A stretch of DNA of 64,000 nt from Ruminococcus sp. GTDB taxonomy: Bacteria > Bacillota > Clostridia > Oscillospirales > Acutalibacteraceae. The notes under the pieces were generated by a model. The model worked only from the letters and a program-made list of their open reading frames with translations, was not told where the DNA came from and searched no databases. Shown here in pieces: positions 37,866 through 46,586 of the stretch (positions are counted from its first letter, which is position 1; the number at the start of each line of letters is the position of its first letter). The translations under genes and the position numbers were made by a program. The stretch spans positions 32,877 to 96,876 of the forward strand of contig JAZQIX010000014.1 in NCBI GenBank assembly GCA_045541275.1, read 5' to 3'.

Positions 37866-38964
37866 ACTCAAGTAAAGCAGTCAACGCATTTCCAATAATA
37901 TGAGGATCTAACGATAAATTAATTCTAAACGAACAATTAGGATTCCCATTAAGAAAACCAGGAATGATTGAAACTAAAGTCTCCTTTATCATTTCTTTAA
38001 TAAAGTTTATTGAATCCAAGGGGATATCGGGAATGTAAATTGTTGCATAAGATCCTAAAGAATGAATTGTGTCTATTTTGGCAAATGGGTATTTCTTTAG
38101 CACTTCGATTATTATGGATTTGCTTTGTTCAAACCATATTTTGGCCCTTCGTTTACAAAGATCATAATTTGGGCTCAAAAAATGCTCTATAGCATTTATA
38201 CTACTTCCAGGTAAAGCTCCACCTATTACATCAATCCATTGTTCCAAAAAATCATCATTAGACTTGTCACAAATGATGGCTGAAAACTTAAATCCATTAA
38301 AAAACAAAGATTTGTGAGGACTATATATGCCAAATAAGTATTTATTTGGTTGCAAATCTCTAATAGTTTCAAAACCATTTATATTCAAGCTCTCATCAAT
38401 AATTACTAATCTTTTGTTGCTTGTTAATGTGTTGATACTTTGAATTGTCGATTTCCTCAACATACAGTTAGTAGAATATATTGGAGATGTAACCCATATA
38501 GCATCTGTCTCATTTGTTTTTAAGATTTCAGAAGGAAACATACAATTGGGTTCATATGAGATTTTTACAATCTCAAACTCGGCTAATTTACATGTTTCTT
38601 CTACAGAAAAATACGATGGTTGAAGAATGAATAGGCGACGATATTTATTCAGTTTTAGATAGTTAATGATATTTACTATTGCCAACGAACTATTAGGCAA
38701 AAGCATACACATCTGTGTCTTAGTCCGTTTTCCAGTAAGTTTTTCTATGATTGCTTCCCTTATCTCAATAGGAATATCATATGTATATACATAATCAAAA
38801 AGTCTTGATATAGATTGTGGTGTTAGTTCTTTTAACATCATATCCGTATATTCGTTTGATGGATTCCAGTAAGACAAGTTTGTAACAGGTTTGTTAGTAT
38901 GCAAAGATATATCTTTCTCAATTTCAAATATATTGTCCATAAAAAATATATCGTCAATAAACAT
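37843..38964 (-). CDS. PLP-dependent aminotransferase-fold protein (divergent)
   Basis: The order of class I/II aminotransferase landmarks is preserved: WVTSPIYSTN (NPxNPTG position), VIIDESLN (DEAY position), YSPHKSLFFNGFKFS (SxSK Lys loop) and CSFRINLS (C-terminal Arg). Each landmark is degenerate. Confidence 0.45.
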   Translation of the reverse strand: MFIDDIFFMDNIFEIEKDISLHTNKPVTNLSYWNPSNEYTDMMLKELTPQSISRLFDYVYTYDIPIEIREAIIEKLTGKRTKTQMCMLLPNSSLAIVNIINYLKLNKYRRLFILQPSYFSVEETCKLAEFEIVKISYEPNCMFPSEILKTNETDAIWVTSPIYSTNCMLRKSTIQSINTLTSNKRLVIIDESLNINGFETIRDLQPNKYLFGIYSPHKSLFFNGFKFSAIICDKSNDDFLEQWIDVIGGALPGSSINAIEHFLSPNYDLCKRRAKIWFEQSKSIIIEVLKKYPFAKIDTIHSLGSYATIYIPDIPLDSINFIKEMIKETLVSIIPGFLNGNPNCSFRINLSLDPHIIGNALTALLEFISRQIS

Positions 38965-38992
38965 TATACATTAAACCTTTCAATAATAATCC

Positions 38993-39018
38993 TTACAATA
39001 ATAAATAGTTATTGTAAG
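38993..39018. repeat. lox/dif-like palindromic site B (TTACAATAA-TAAATAG-TTATTGTAAG)
   Basis: Reverse complement of site A, 26/26. It lies 27-28 bp upstream of the 38964 start on the minus strand. Confidence 0.8.
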
Positions 39019-39237
39019 TTGTTTTCATAAATTATCAACTTTTGGTATAAAAAATAATGTAAAAAAGCACCACTCATAATAATTCCTAACCACAACTACC
39101 AACAATATTCAACAAATAAAAAATTTTCAACAAAAACTCGAAATTCAATTTTATGGATTACGAGTCTTTTCTTTTTTTAACAATGATAAACACGCATCTG
39201 AACTCATTAACCTATCCTCTCTCCTTTTACCATTACG

Positions 39238-39269
39238 TATAAACTTACAATAACAATAAATTATTGTAT
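39238..39269. repeat. lox/dif-like palindromic site C (CTTACAATAA-CAATAAA-TTATTGTATG core)
   Basis: 32/32 identical to the reverse complement of site D. It lies 66 bp upstream of the 39336 start. Confidence 0.8.
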
Positions 39270-39335
39270 GATAATAAGGGATCAAAAATATCATATACGA
39301 GCAGTTGTAAAAAGGGAAAGGAACAATGATTCACA

Positions 39336-40433
39336 ATGAATAAGATGGACATATATGAACGAGCAGTTCAAAGTATTATAGACTATAGTTCTGGAGATGT
39401 AACATCATGCTTGATGAAAGAATATGCGATTAAAGGAATGTATAATCTGCTATCTTGCTTGGATAACCTTGGTATGTGTGGGAAAGAGACAAAGTTAATT
39501 GCATTGCCCGATTTTACTTTTTCAAGAAACGATAAAAGATTTAACTCTTTTTTTCCTTACGGCTCTATAATACATATCGATACATCTGGTGAAATGTTTA
39601 TACCGCTGGGATTTAGACCCAATTGTTGTGGTATCACGATGCTTGAATTAACGAATACAGATGCAAACATTGATAAAATTAAAACAAATCTATACACTCT
39701 TGCAAAACTTGATTTTGGTATTGCAAGCGACGATTTGAATAGAGGCAATCATTTCATTGGTATATATGAAAATCAATCTACATCTCAAATGTATGCAATT
39801 ATTCATGGGTCATTTGACTTTGTTAAATCGGGACATAACGACATCCCCGGATTGTATATTGATAAAACAAATTATTGGGACGATAAATTATGTATATATA
39901 GTGAAAACGATGTCTACTTTCCTTATCTCGTTAGTGACAATGCGGTTCACTATTACAAGGCATACTTACAACATGAGCAGACAACAAAAGAACTACGTAG
40001 TAAAATTGCTTACCATCTGTTCCCGAATAGCAAAATTATTTTTAATGAAACGCATGAGGGGTTTTACCAACATAACACCATTACACTTGGAGCATATATA
40101 AAAAACACTTCTTTTACTGCACCCATTATGCTTTCAGCAGAATCAGATTTATCCATAATTAATGTAAATCGTCCGTTAACGGATATTTCATCAAACATAT
40201 ACGCCTGTCCACATGGAGGAGGTTATTCCTTAAAATATATAGTTAATGGACTGTATAATATTGACACTCATATTTATAAGTTGCAGTTTGAAAACAAGGC
40301 TGTGATGGAGACAACTGATATTCGCAAACTAATATATGATTATAGAACTAATACTGATCTTATTTGGTGTAAACATCATGCCTTCGGTAATATTACAAAT
40401 AAATACTCTACTGTATACAATCTTAAACTATAA
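39336..40433 (+). CDS. divergent RtcB-like (RNA ligase fold) protein
   Basis: RtcB motifs occur in the right order: ALPDFTFS (MPDxH position, His lost), RPNCCGIT (DxGCG), NRGNHFIGIY (GNHFIE), IIHGSFDF (HSGSRG), YQHNT (HHNY), ACPHGGGYS (HGAGR nucleophile His). Confidence 0.5.
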   Translation: MNKMDIYERAVQSIIDYSSGDVTSCLMKEYAIKGMYNLLSCLDNLGMCGKETKLIALPDFTFSRNDKRFNSFFPYGSIIHIDTSGEMFIPLGFRPNCCGITMLELTNTDANIDKIKTNLYTLAKLDFGIASDDLNRGNHFIGIYENQSTSQMYAIIHGSFDFVKSGHNDIPGLYIDKTNYWDDKLCIYSENDVYFPYLVSDNAVHYYKAYLQHEQTTKELRSKIAYHLFPNSKIIFNETHEGFYQHNTITLGAYIKNTSFTAPIMLSAESDLSIINVNRPLTDISSNIYACPHGGGYSLKYIVNGLYNIDTHIYKLQFENKAVMETTDIRKLIYDYRTNTDLIWCKHHAFGNITNKYSTVYNLKL

Positions 40434-43058
40434 CATCATCAGAAATGTAGATAACGCCTGTTTGTGATTGATTAAATCATCAATCATATCTACATTTATA
40501 TTGTTTGTAATAGTTTCATAAAGATAGGATTTATATAATTCCGTCATTTCTGCTATGTGATTCTCGGTAGATGATAATGCTTTAACCGCAGCTTTTTTTA
40601 ATTCAAAAAGGTTATATTCTTCGCACAGATCTATGATAGTTTTTAAACGATGTGCAAGATGCAATTTGCTTGCTTGTTTTATACAGAGTTTCAGAATACA
40701 TAATGCTTGTGTTGTTTGGTGAGCAGCCAAAAGTGCATAGGCATAGGTAATGCCTGTAGCAACTTCTTCTTTCTTTAAATTAAGTTGTTGTGCTTTTTTA
40801 TATGCTTCTTCGCCCCAGTATACAGTTTGAGGAATATCATGCATTTTATAATAGATTTGCGAATGCAATTTCATAGAGAATGTAAGGCCTCGTTGAGTGT
40901 TTAGAGATTTCTTTATTTCTATGCTTTTATCATTATACGCAATTGCAACATCATAATCTTCATTTCCCAACGCACATTTACTCAATCGATAATATGCAAA
41001 TGCTCGACGTTTGATGCTGACAAAATATCTTGTGTCCATTAATTGAGTAAGTGTTTGCATAGCGTTTTTGAACAATCCTGCTTTTTCCTCAATTATACAA
41101 ATTCTATGGATAGCTTTAGCCGAAAGATTTGATAAATTATTGCGTATAGCTAAATTGAATATATAATAATAAATTTCAACTGCTATTTTCATTTCACCAA
41201 CGACATAATAAGTTCGTCCAATTATAAAGAGAATTTGTAAATATAAATCTATAGGATAATGCTGATATTCAAAAATATTATCATAAAAATCCTTGAGTAA
41301 ATTTGTAAAATCACATTGAAAGTATCTCAATCTCAAATTCAAGTAATTCCACATATGGTAATCTTCGTTTGATTTGTCAATAATATCTTTTGTTATATTA
41401 ATGTAATTACTCAATAAATCATATTCAGATTTTCTTTCTAATAATATCATCTTTTTGATTAGAATAGATAACGAGTTTCTTTTGTTGAGTTTTTCTCGTT
41501 CTTGAAGAGATTCCAATAACATCACATCGTAGCCTCTGCTCAAAAGAAAATCAAATTTTTCTTTCAAAAGAGCATCATATTCATTACTTCTATTAGTTTT
41601 ACAACACAAATTCATAAGATCTATATATAAAAGTGAGTTTTCACTAGCACACAATTCTATTATATCGAATGCTTCTTCGGGAATTAAATGTAATAAATCT
41701 ACGATGTACTTCTTGTACATATCGTGCAGGACTATTACTTCACCTTCTAATTTTGTCAATCTTTTTTGAGTTAATTTTTCGAGAGCTGATCTATAGCTAT
41801 TTCTTTCTAATAGTTTTATCGGCAATGGAACTCTCGAGAATGCTAAAGAATAGAGCAGAGCTTTTTCTTTGTTTTCCATTAAAGAAATTAACGAATCAAA
41901 ATATGATGATAATCCTTCACAATTAACACACTCAAAGTTTGTTGGCAATATTTCTGCTAGACCCGGTAACCCATCGGATCTTTTTACGATTTCCTCCATT
42001 TCCTCTTCATTAAGAGCTTCATTATAAGATAATGCAATTTCTCTGATATGTTGCGGCGATAGGGGTTCGACATCCACAAATACAATTTTATTATTAACTT
42101 TCAAATCATGAATGTTAAAAATATTAAACCATCCAAGTAAATGCATCTTACTTCGTTCTATCTCGAGTAATTGAATTAATAATTCAATATACTGATTACT
42201 GTTACATTTGTGGATATCATCAATAAAAAACACGCAATCATAATTTGATAGCATAGTTTTAATTATATTAATAAGCGACGCAGTTAGATAATTACCATGA
42301 CTATTTAAATATTCATTTAATTCGTTTCTTTTTAATACACAAGCAAAAAATGTACCAAGTGATTCCAGAAAATTCTTTATTTGACACTCGCCATCTTGCA
42401 TTAATATTCTATGCCAAAATACAAAATACCCTTTGCTGTAATAGTGATGTGCAATGTTTTTTGCGAGTTGTGTTTTGCCAACACAAGATGGACCAACAAG
42501 ATAAAAACAATGTGTGTCAGATTCTAACAATAATTTCTTCTCTATTTTTCTATTAACCAAATTATGATTTGATGGTAAAATGCGAGATGTATATTCTAAT
42601 TCATATGAATGTTCTACGATGTTTAACAAGGTGTAAATGTGGTTTTTTAGCTCGAAAAACAATTGCTCTGTGTCTGTGTGATTAAGGCAAGTTATATACC
42701 TTTCTAACGAGGTTTCCTCTTCCCAAGCTACATTTAGTTTATATTGTTTTGAAATTGATAAAATGTAATCTTTAGTTGCAGGAGTAAGATAGGTATTCGT
42801 CCAAATGTAAAATAAATCAGGTTTTGTGGAAACAGCCCAATTTAACGATTCACATATATTTTTTTGTTTTATTGAAGATTTATGGTTTTTACACTCTACA
42901 ATAACCGTCTTAGATACACCGTTATATTCATATATTGCCACAATATCTTTGCCACGATCCGAACCACCTCTATAGAATTCTATGCTCTTTGGATGGGTTC
43001 TTTCTAAAATTGAAAAAACCAAATTTTCAAATTCATTCCCTTTTTGAGTTGTATTCAT
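40428..43058 (-). CDS. Mrr-like PD-(D/E)xK nuclease + STAND/AAA P-loop NTPase + TPR-like repeats (Avs-like defence protein)
   Basis: N-terminus GNEFENLVFSIL...GGSDRGKDIVA...VIVECKNHK (Mrr_cat pattern). Walker A YLVGPSCVGKTQLA, Walker B CVFFIDDIHK. The C-terminal about 400 aa are helical-repeat/TPR-like. Confidence 0.7.
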   Translation of the reverse strand: MNTTQKGNEFENLVFSILERTHPKSIEFYRGGSDRGKDIVAIYEYNGVSKTVIVECKNHKSSIKQKNICESLNWAVSTKPDLFYIWTNTYLTPATKDYILSISKQYKLNVAWEEETSLERYITCLNHTDTEQLFFELKNHIYTLLNIVEHSYELEYTSRILPSNHNLVNRKIEKKLLLESDTHCFYLVGPSCVGKTQLAKNIAHHYYSKGYFVFWHRILMQDGECQIKNFLESLGTFFACVLKRNELNEYLNSHGNYLTASLINIIKTMLSNYDCVFFIDDIHKCNSNQYIELLIQLLEIERSKMHLLGWFNIFNIHDLKVNNKIVFVDVEPLSPQHIREIALSYNEALNEEEMEEIVKRSDGLPGLAEILPTNFECVNCEGLSSYFDSLISLMENKEKALLYSLAFSRVPLPIKLLERNSYRSALEKLTQKRLTKLEGEVIVLHDMYKKYIVDLLHLIPEEAFDIIELCASENSLLYIDLMNLCCKTNRSNEYDALLKEKFDFLLSRGYDVMLLESLQEREKLNKRNSLSILIKKMILLERKSEYDLLSNYINITKDIIDKSNEDYHMWNYLNLRLRYFQCDFTNLLKDFYDNIFEYQHYPIDLYLQILFIIGRTYYVVGEMKIAVEIYYYIFNLAIRNNLSNLSAKAIHRICIIEEKAGLFKNAMQTLTQLMDTRYFVSIKRRAFAYYRLSKCALGNEDYDVAIAYNDKSIEIKKSLNTQRGLTFSMKLHSQIYYKMHDIPQTVYWGEEAYKKAQQLNLKKEEVATGITYAYALLAAHQTTQALCILKLCIKQASKLHLAHRLKTIIDLCEEYNLFELKKAAVKALSSTENHIAEMTELYKSYLYETITNNINVDMIDDLINHKQALSTFLMML

Positions 43059-43143
43059 AACAAACCTCCTAGGTGTATCATATCTTTTTAAAAAACCTCA
43101 AGTAACATGTATCGGTTATTTGATTATTGCATCCATTATTACA

Positions 43144-43175
43144 ATACAATAATTTATTGTTATTGTAAGTTTATA
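43144..43175. repeat. lox/dif-like palindromic site D
   Basis: Reverse complement of site C, 32/32. It lies 86 bp upstream of the 43058 start (minus) and about 60 bp upstream of the recombinase start (plus). Confidence 0.8.
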
Positions 43176-43236
43176 TTTATACTTACACCTCGAAATTTGA
43201 TAAAATAAGAAAAATAATATTTCAATGAGGTGTATT

Positions 43237-44148
43237 ATGAAAAATTTAAACAATCTAATTACTGAGTTTATTAATATAGCTCAGTCAACTAAAAATCTGT
43301 CTACTAAGACCACTACTGCCTACAAGTCTGATTTACACGATTTTGCAAACTATGTAGAAAGTAAATCAATAGGCGAAGACACAATATTAAATTACATACA
43401 AATACTATCTCAAAAAAGGAAGTTGAAAGATAGCACTATAAACAGAAAGCTCATCGTACTTAAAATGTTTTTTCAATTCTTGCAATCTCATAATTACATC
43501 AAGCAAAACTACTTTACTGCACACAATTTCAAGTTCAAACGAGAACGCAAACTTCCAAAAACGATATCCATAAAAGAGTCAAAAAAGCTTTTATCTTACT
43601 CTACAAATCTAACTATCACAGCAAAAAGTGACTTTGAGAAATGGAAATCTATTCGCAACCTAGCTTTGATTGATATACTAATAAGCACCGGAATTAGAAT
43701 TGCAGAAGCTTCCAATATAATGATGGAGGATATTATCACCTCTGAACACACCATACTAATTCATGGTAAGGGACGAAAGCAAAGGCTAATATACATTTCC
43801 TGTTCTCAAACATGGCAAAACTTAAATTTATGGATAAAATACAGAAACAAGCGAGTAACCACATCAAATAATCTGTTTGTCAACCGATACGGAGAACAAA
43901 TCAGTATTCACGGAATCGAATACATTTACAACTCACTTAAAACGGGAGCAAAAATCAATTTAAACTCAACACCACATTATTTAAGACATACCTTTGCAAC
44001 CAATCTTCTTGCAAATGGTGCTGATCTTCGTTCTGTTCAAGAAATATTAGGTCATAGTAGCGTATCTACAACTGAAATATATACTGAGGTTACTACAAAA
44101 CGAAAGATGCAAGTACTAAATAGATACAACTATAGAAATAAATTATAA
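43237..44148 (+). CDS. XerC/XerD-like tyrosine recombinase (complete catalytic set)
   Basis: [12 protein letters not shown] (R), [10 protein letters not shown] (K), [12 protein letters not shown] (H-x-x-R), [16 protein letters not shown] (H, Y). The start is either 43225 or 43237. Confidence 0.85.
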   Translation: MKNLNNLITEFINIAQSTKNLSTKTTTAYKSDLHDFANYVESKSIGEDTILNYIQILSQKRKLKDSTINRKLIVLKMFFQFLQSHNYIKQNYFTAHNFKFKRERKLPKTISIKESKKLLSYSTNLTITAKSDFEKWKSIRNLALIDILISTGIRIAEASNIMMEDIITSEHTILIHGKGRKQRLIYISCSQTWQNLNLWIKYRNKRVTTSNNLFVNRYGEQISIHGIEYIYNSLKTGAKINLNSTPHYLRHTFATNLLANGADLRSVQEILGHSSVSTTEIYTEVTTKRKMQVLNRYNYRNKL

Positions 44149-44162
44149 AACATACGGAAGCA

Positions 44163-45092
44163 TTAATCTAATTCTTCTTTATTTTTTATAACAACTACCA
44201 ACTCAGAATACTCTTCTTTAAACTCTTCAAAGCAAGCATTTACATATTCCTTGTTGGGCACAAAATCATTGCCACTGCTTATTACATTAAACAGTTCGAC
44301 ACCACAGGATGTTAAGAAATATGAATCAATTGATATAGTAGGAGCATTATCATTCTGCGCAATAACGAACACCACTGTATCTTTGTTATGCACAACCAGT
44401 GTCTTATCCGCAGAAAAATCAGTTGCAAGCGAATTATCAATAGATAACAATCCTGCTTCAATCAAAGGAATAATGTGAGTTGAATAAACATACCCTTTTT
44501 CGTCAATTATTTTTTTGCTCCTATGGTTCGAATCGTGAAGCTGATAAAAACCATTTGAATTGATAAAATAGCAATCACCGCTTACTAAAACCAATTGACA
44601 CAACTCGTTAAAAATCTCAGCTTCTTTTTGCGAAATATTTCTGATCACCTCTAATGTCCTCAAAGAAACATTGCCGGGATTTATTATTTCTCCGCATAAT
44701 ACCCTGCTCCACAACTTTTGCAACTCTTCATTACTAATACTTCCTACTGCATCAAAGAAGCGCATAATCCAATCAAAATCAACAGGGTTATCTGACACAG
44801 CTTCAACATTTTCCAAATACTCACTTGCAAAGCCTGCTGTTTTCACAAAATTTTTAAGTTTTGCCACCTCATACAAGGTAAAGGTTTGCTGTTCAAGTAA
44901 TTCTTCTTGCTGTCTTTGCCTGTAAATTTCAACATCAACTTCCGCCTTGCCTTTTTTCAGTGTTATGGTCGGCAGATACAATGTTTTAATCACATCTCCT
45001 ACAACATCTATAAGCTTTGCTAACACAGGAGATGCAGCAACAATCGGCAATCCGGTATTAATTAATTCTATTATCTGATTTTGATCAATCAT
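44163..45092 (-). CDS. DUF2806-like protein
   Basis: DFDWIMRFFDAVGSISNEELQKLWSRVLCGEIINPGNVSLRTLEVIRNISQKEAEIFNEL resembles the DUF2806 core recalled from memory. Start trimmed to the ATG at 45092 (GGAGGA RBS). Confidence 0.45.
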   Translation of the reverse strand: MIDQNQIIELINTGLPIVAASPVLAKLIDVVGDVIKTLYLPTITLKKGKAEVDVEIYRQRQQEELLEQQTFTLYEVAKLKNFVKTAGFASEYLENVEAVSDNPVDFDWIMRFFDAVGSISNEELQKLWSRVLCGEIINPGNVSLRTLEVIRNISQKEAEIFNELCQLVLVSGDCYFINSNGFYQLHDSNHRSKKIIDEKGYVYSTHIIPLIEAGLLSIDNSLATDFSADKTLVVHNKDTVVFVIAQNDNAPTISIDSYFLTSCGVELFNVISSGNDFVPNKEYVNACFEEFKEEYSELVVVIKNKEELD

Positions 45093-45167
45093 ATAATCCT
45101 CCAACAAGAACAATCCATACAAATTATATACATAATTTTATCATTCATTGTAGAACTTTTCACCAAT

Positions 45168-45202
45168 TTGGCATAGATGGTAGAAAAAATGGCGTAGTTG
45201 GT
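45168..45202 (-). promoter_or_regulatory. candidate LytTR-type binding site: 14-bp direct repeat with 21-bp phasing
   Basis: Minus strand reads TACCAACTACGCCA-N7-TACCATCTATGCCA (12/14 identical, start-to-start 21 bp), then 16 nt and TACAAT. The 45-nt block resembles 55606-55649 upstream of agrB. Confidence 0.4.
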
Positions 45203-45229
45203 AAATTCTGTCGATTGCTAATAACACAC

Positions 45230-45260
45230 AAAGACTCCATCGGATAGCGATGGAGTCTTT
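45230..45260. terminator. hairpin terminator downstream of the dGTPase-like gene
   Basis: AAAGACTCCATCG-GATA-GCGATGGAGTCTTT. Confidence 0.5.
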
Positions 45261-45359
45261 GTAATATTATTAATCTTTAAGCACACATATTGATAAACGC
45301 AAATTAACTATATTTTATCTGTTAATACTATAAGAGTCCACTTTTGTCCCTTAGCAAAA

Positions 45360-46586
45360 TCAGAAATACTCATGATACTGCAGTTTACCAATCAACTCAT
45401 CATTGATATGCAGATGCTTGCAAATATCAATAAAGTAGTCATCAGACATACTCGCGATAAAATCAGTAACAATTTCATTGGGATCTGCAATGATTGCTCT
45501 TGTAGCCTTATCACGATAGCAATCCCCTAATATGGATTTGTTAAGGTGATGAGCAAACACAGGAGAAGTATAATCCCTGTTTTTAACATCTTCTACCAAT
45601 CGTTCATAAAGTCCATGCATTAATGGTCTGATTATTTCATAATAAGGTACATTCAATTCTGTATCGCCATATATCTTATAGTTTTCTCTGATCAAATCCT
45701 CAAAATCATCAAAAACTTCTTTATCCATATTCAATGTAGGGGAATCAATACTATTCTTAATAATGTTAATAACAATATTGGAAATAATATCACTATTGCT
45801 TGTACCAATTAATCGCTTTTCCTTAAACTCCTCGGGAATCATTCCTGCTCTAAGCATATCCTGTCTATCCTTGCCTGCATAAGCAATTCTGTCGCTTATT
45901 CTTACAACACAGCCTTCAAGGGTATTAGGACGAAGCTTTTTGTGATAATTATTATCCAGATAGCAGTTCTCCAGAATTTCATCAAACTCCTCAAATGTGC
46001 TCAAGCTTGACGGTGAATACTCCTTATATCCTTTTTCACCGTTGTGCGATAAGATTCCGCTAAGTGTCTGCAACGAGAGGTTAGAGTCCAGAATATATCG
46101 AAACAATCTGGCACTATGTACATTATGATTAAAGTATCTTACTGGGTTGCCTGATTCTTCACAACCTTTCTGATAACATTCACTCAGAAACTCCTCTCCT
46201 TTGTGACCGAAAGGAGTGTGCCCCATATCGTGTCCAAGAGCAATTGCTTCGATGAGATCAAGATTGAGCTTCAACGCACGGCCGATTGTTCTGGCAATCT
46301 TTGATACAAACTGAACGTGCAAAGCTCTTCTGGTAATATCATCGTTCTTATAAAACGAAAACACCTGAGTCTTATCAGCATATCGATTGTATAGTGGATT
46401 ATGAATAATACAATCAATATCATAAGAATACTGAGGACGTATAATTCCATGTCTGGGACCTCTGGCCTTTCGTATTGTAGCTTCATCGTTTCTAGATGCA
46501 TAAACAGATAAATTATCGTCACACATCAGGTTAACAGATTCCAAATACTTCTTCTCACTCTCGCTAAAAGAAAAATAATCACTCAT
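45360..46586 (-). CDS. dGTPase-like dNTP triphosphohydrolase (HD domain)
   Basis: ALGHDMGHTPFGHKGEEF HD signature and Dgt-family length and layout (408 aa). Confidence 0.8.
   Translation of the reverse strand: MSDYFSFSESEKKYLESVNLMCDDNLSVYASRNDEATIRKARGPRHGIIRPQYSYDIDCIIHNPLYNRYADKTQVFSFYKNDDITRRALHVQFVSKIARTIGRALKLNLDLIEAIALGHDMGHTPFGHKGEEFLSECYQKGCEESGNPVRYFNHNVHSARLFRYILDSNLSLQTLSGILSHNGEKGYKEYSPSSLSTFEEFDEILENCYLDNNYHKKLRPNTLEGCVVRISDRIAYAGKDRQDMLRAGMIPEEFKEKRLIGTSNSDIISNIVINIIKNSIDSPTLNMDKEVFDDFEDLIRENYKIYGDTELNVPYYEIIRPLMHGLYERLVEDVKNRDYTSPVFAHHLNKSILGDCYRDKATRAIIADPNEIVTDFIASMSDDYFIDICKHLHINDELIGKLQYHEYF

Noticed and set aside
39151-39207. 18-codon micro-ORF (MSSDACLSLLKKEKTRNP) with an AAGGAGAGAGG RBS on the minus strand, in the spacer between sites B and C.
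   Set aside because: It could be a leader peptide reading toward site B. A single short ORF in AT-rich DNA is too weak to call without conservation or ribosome-profiling data.
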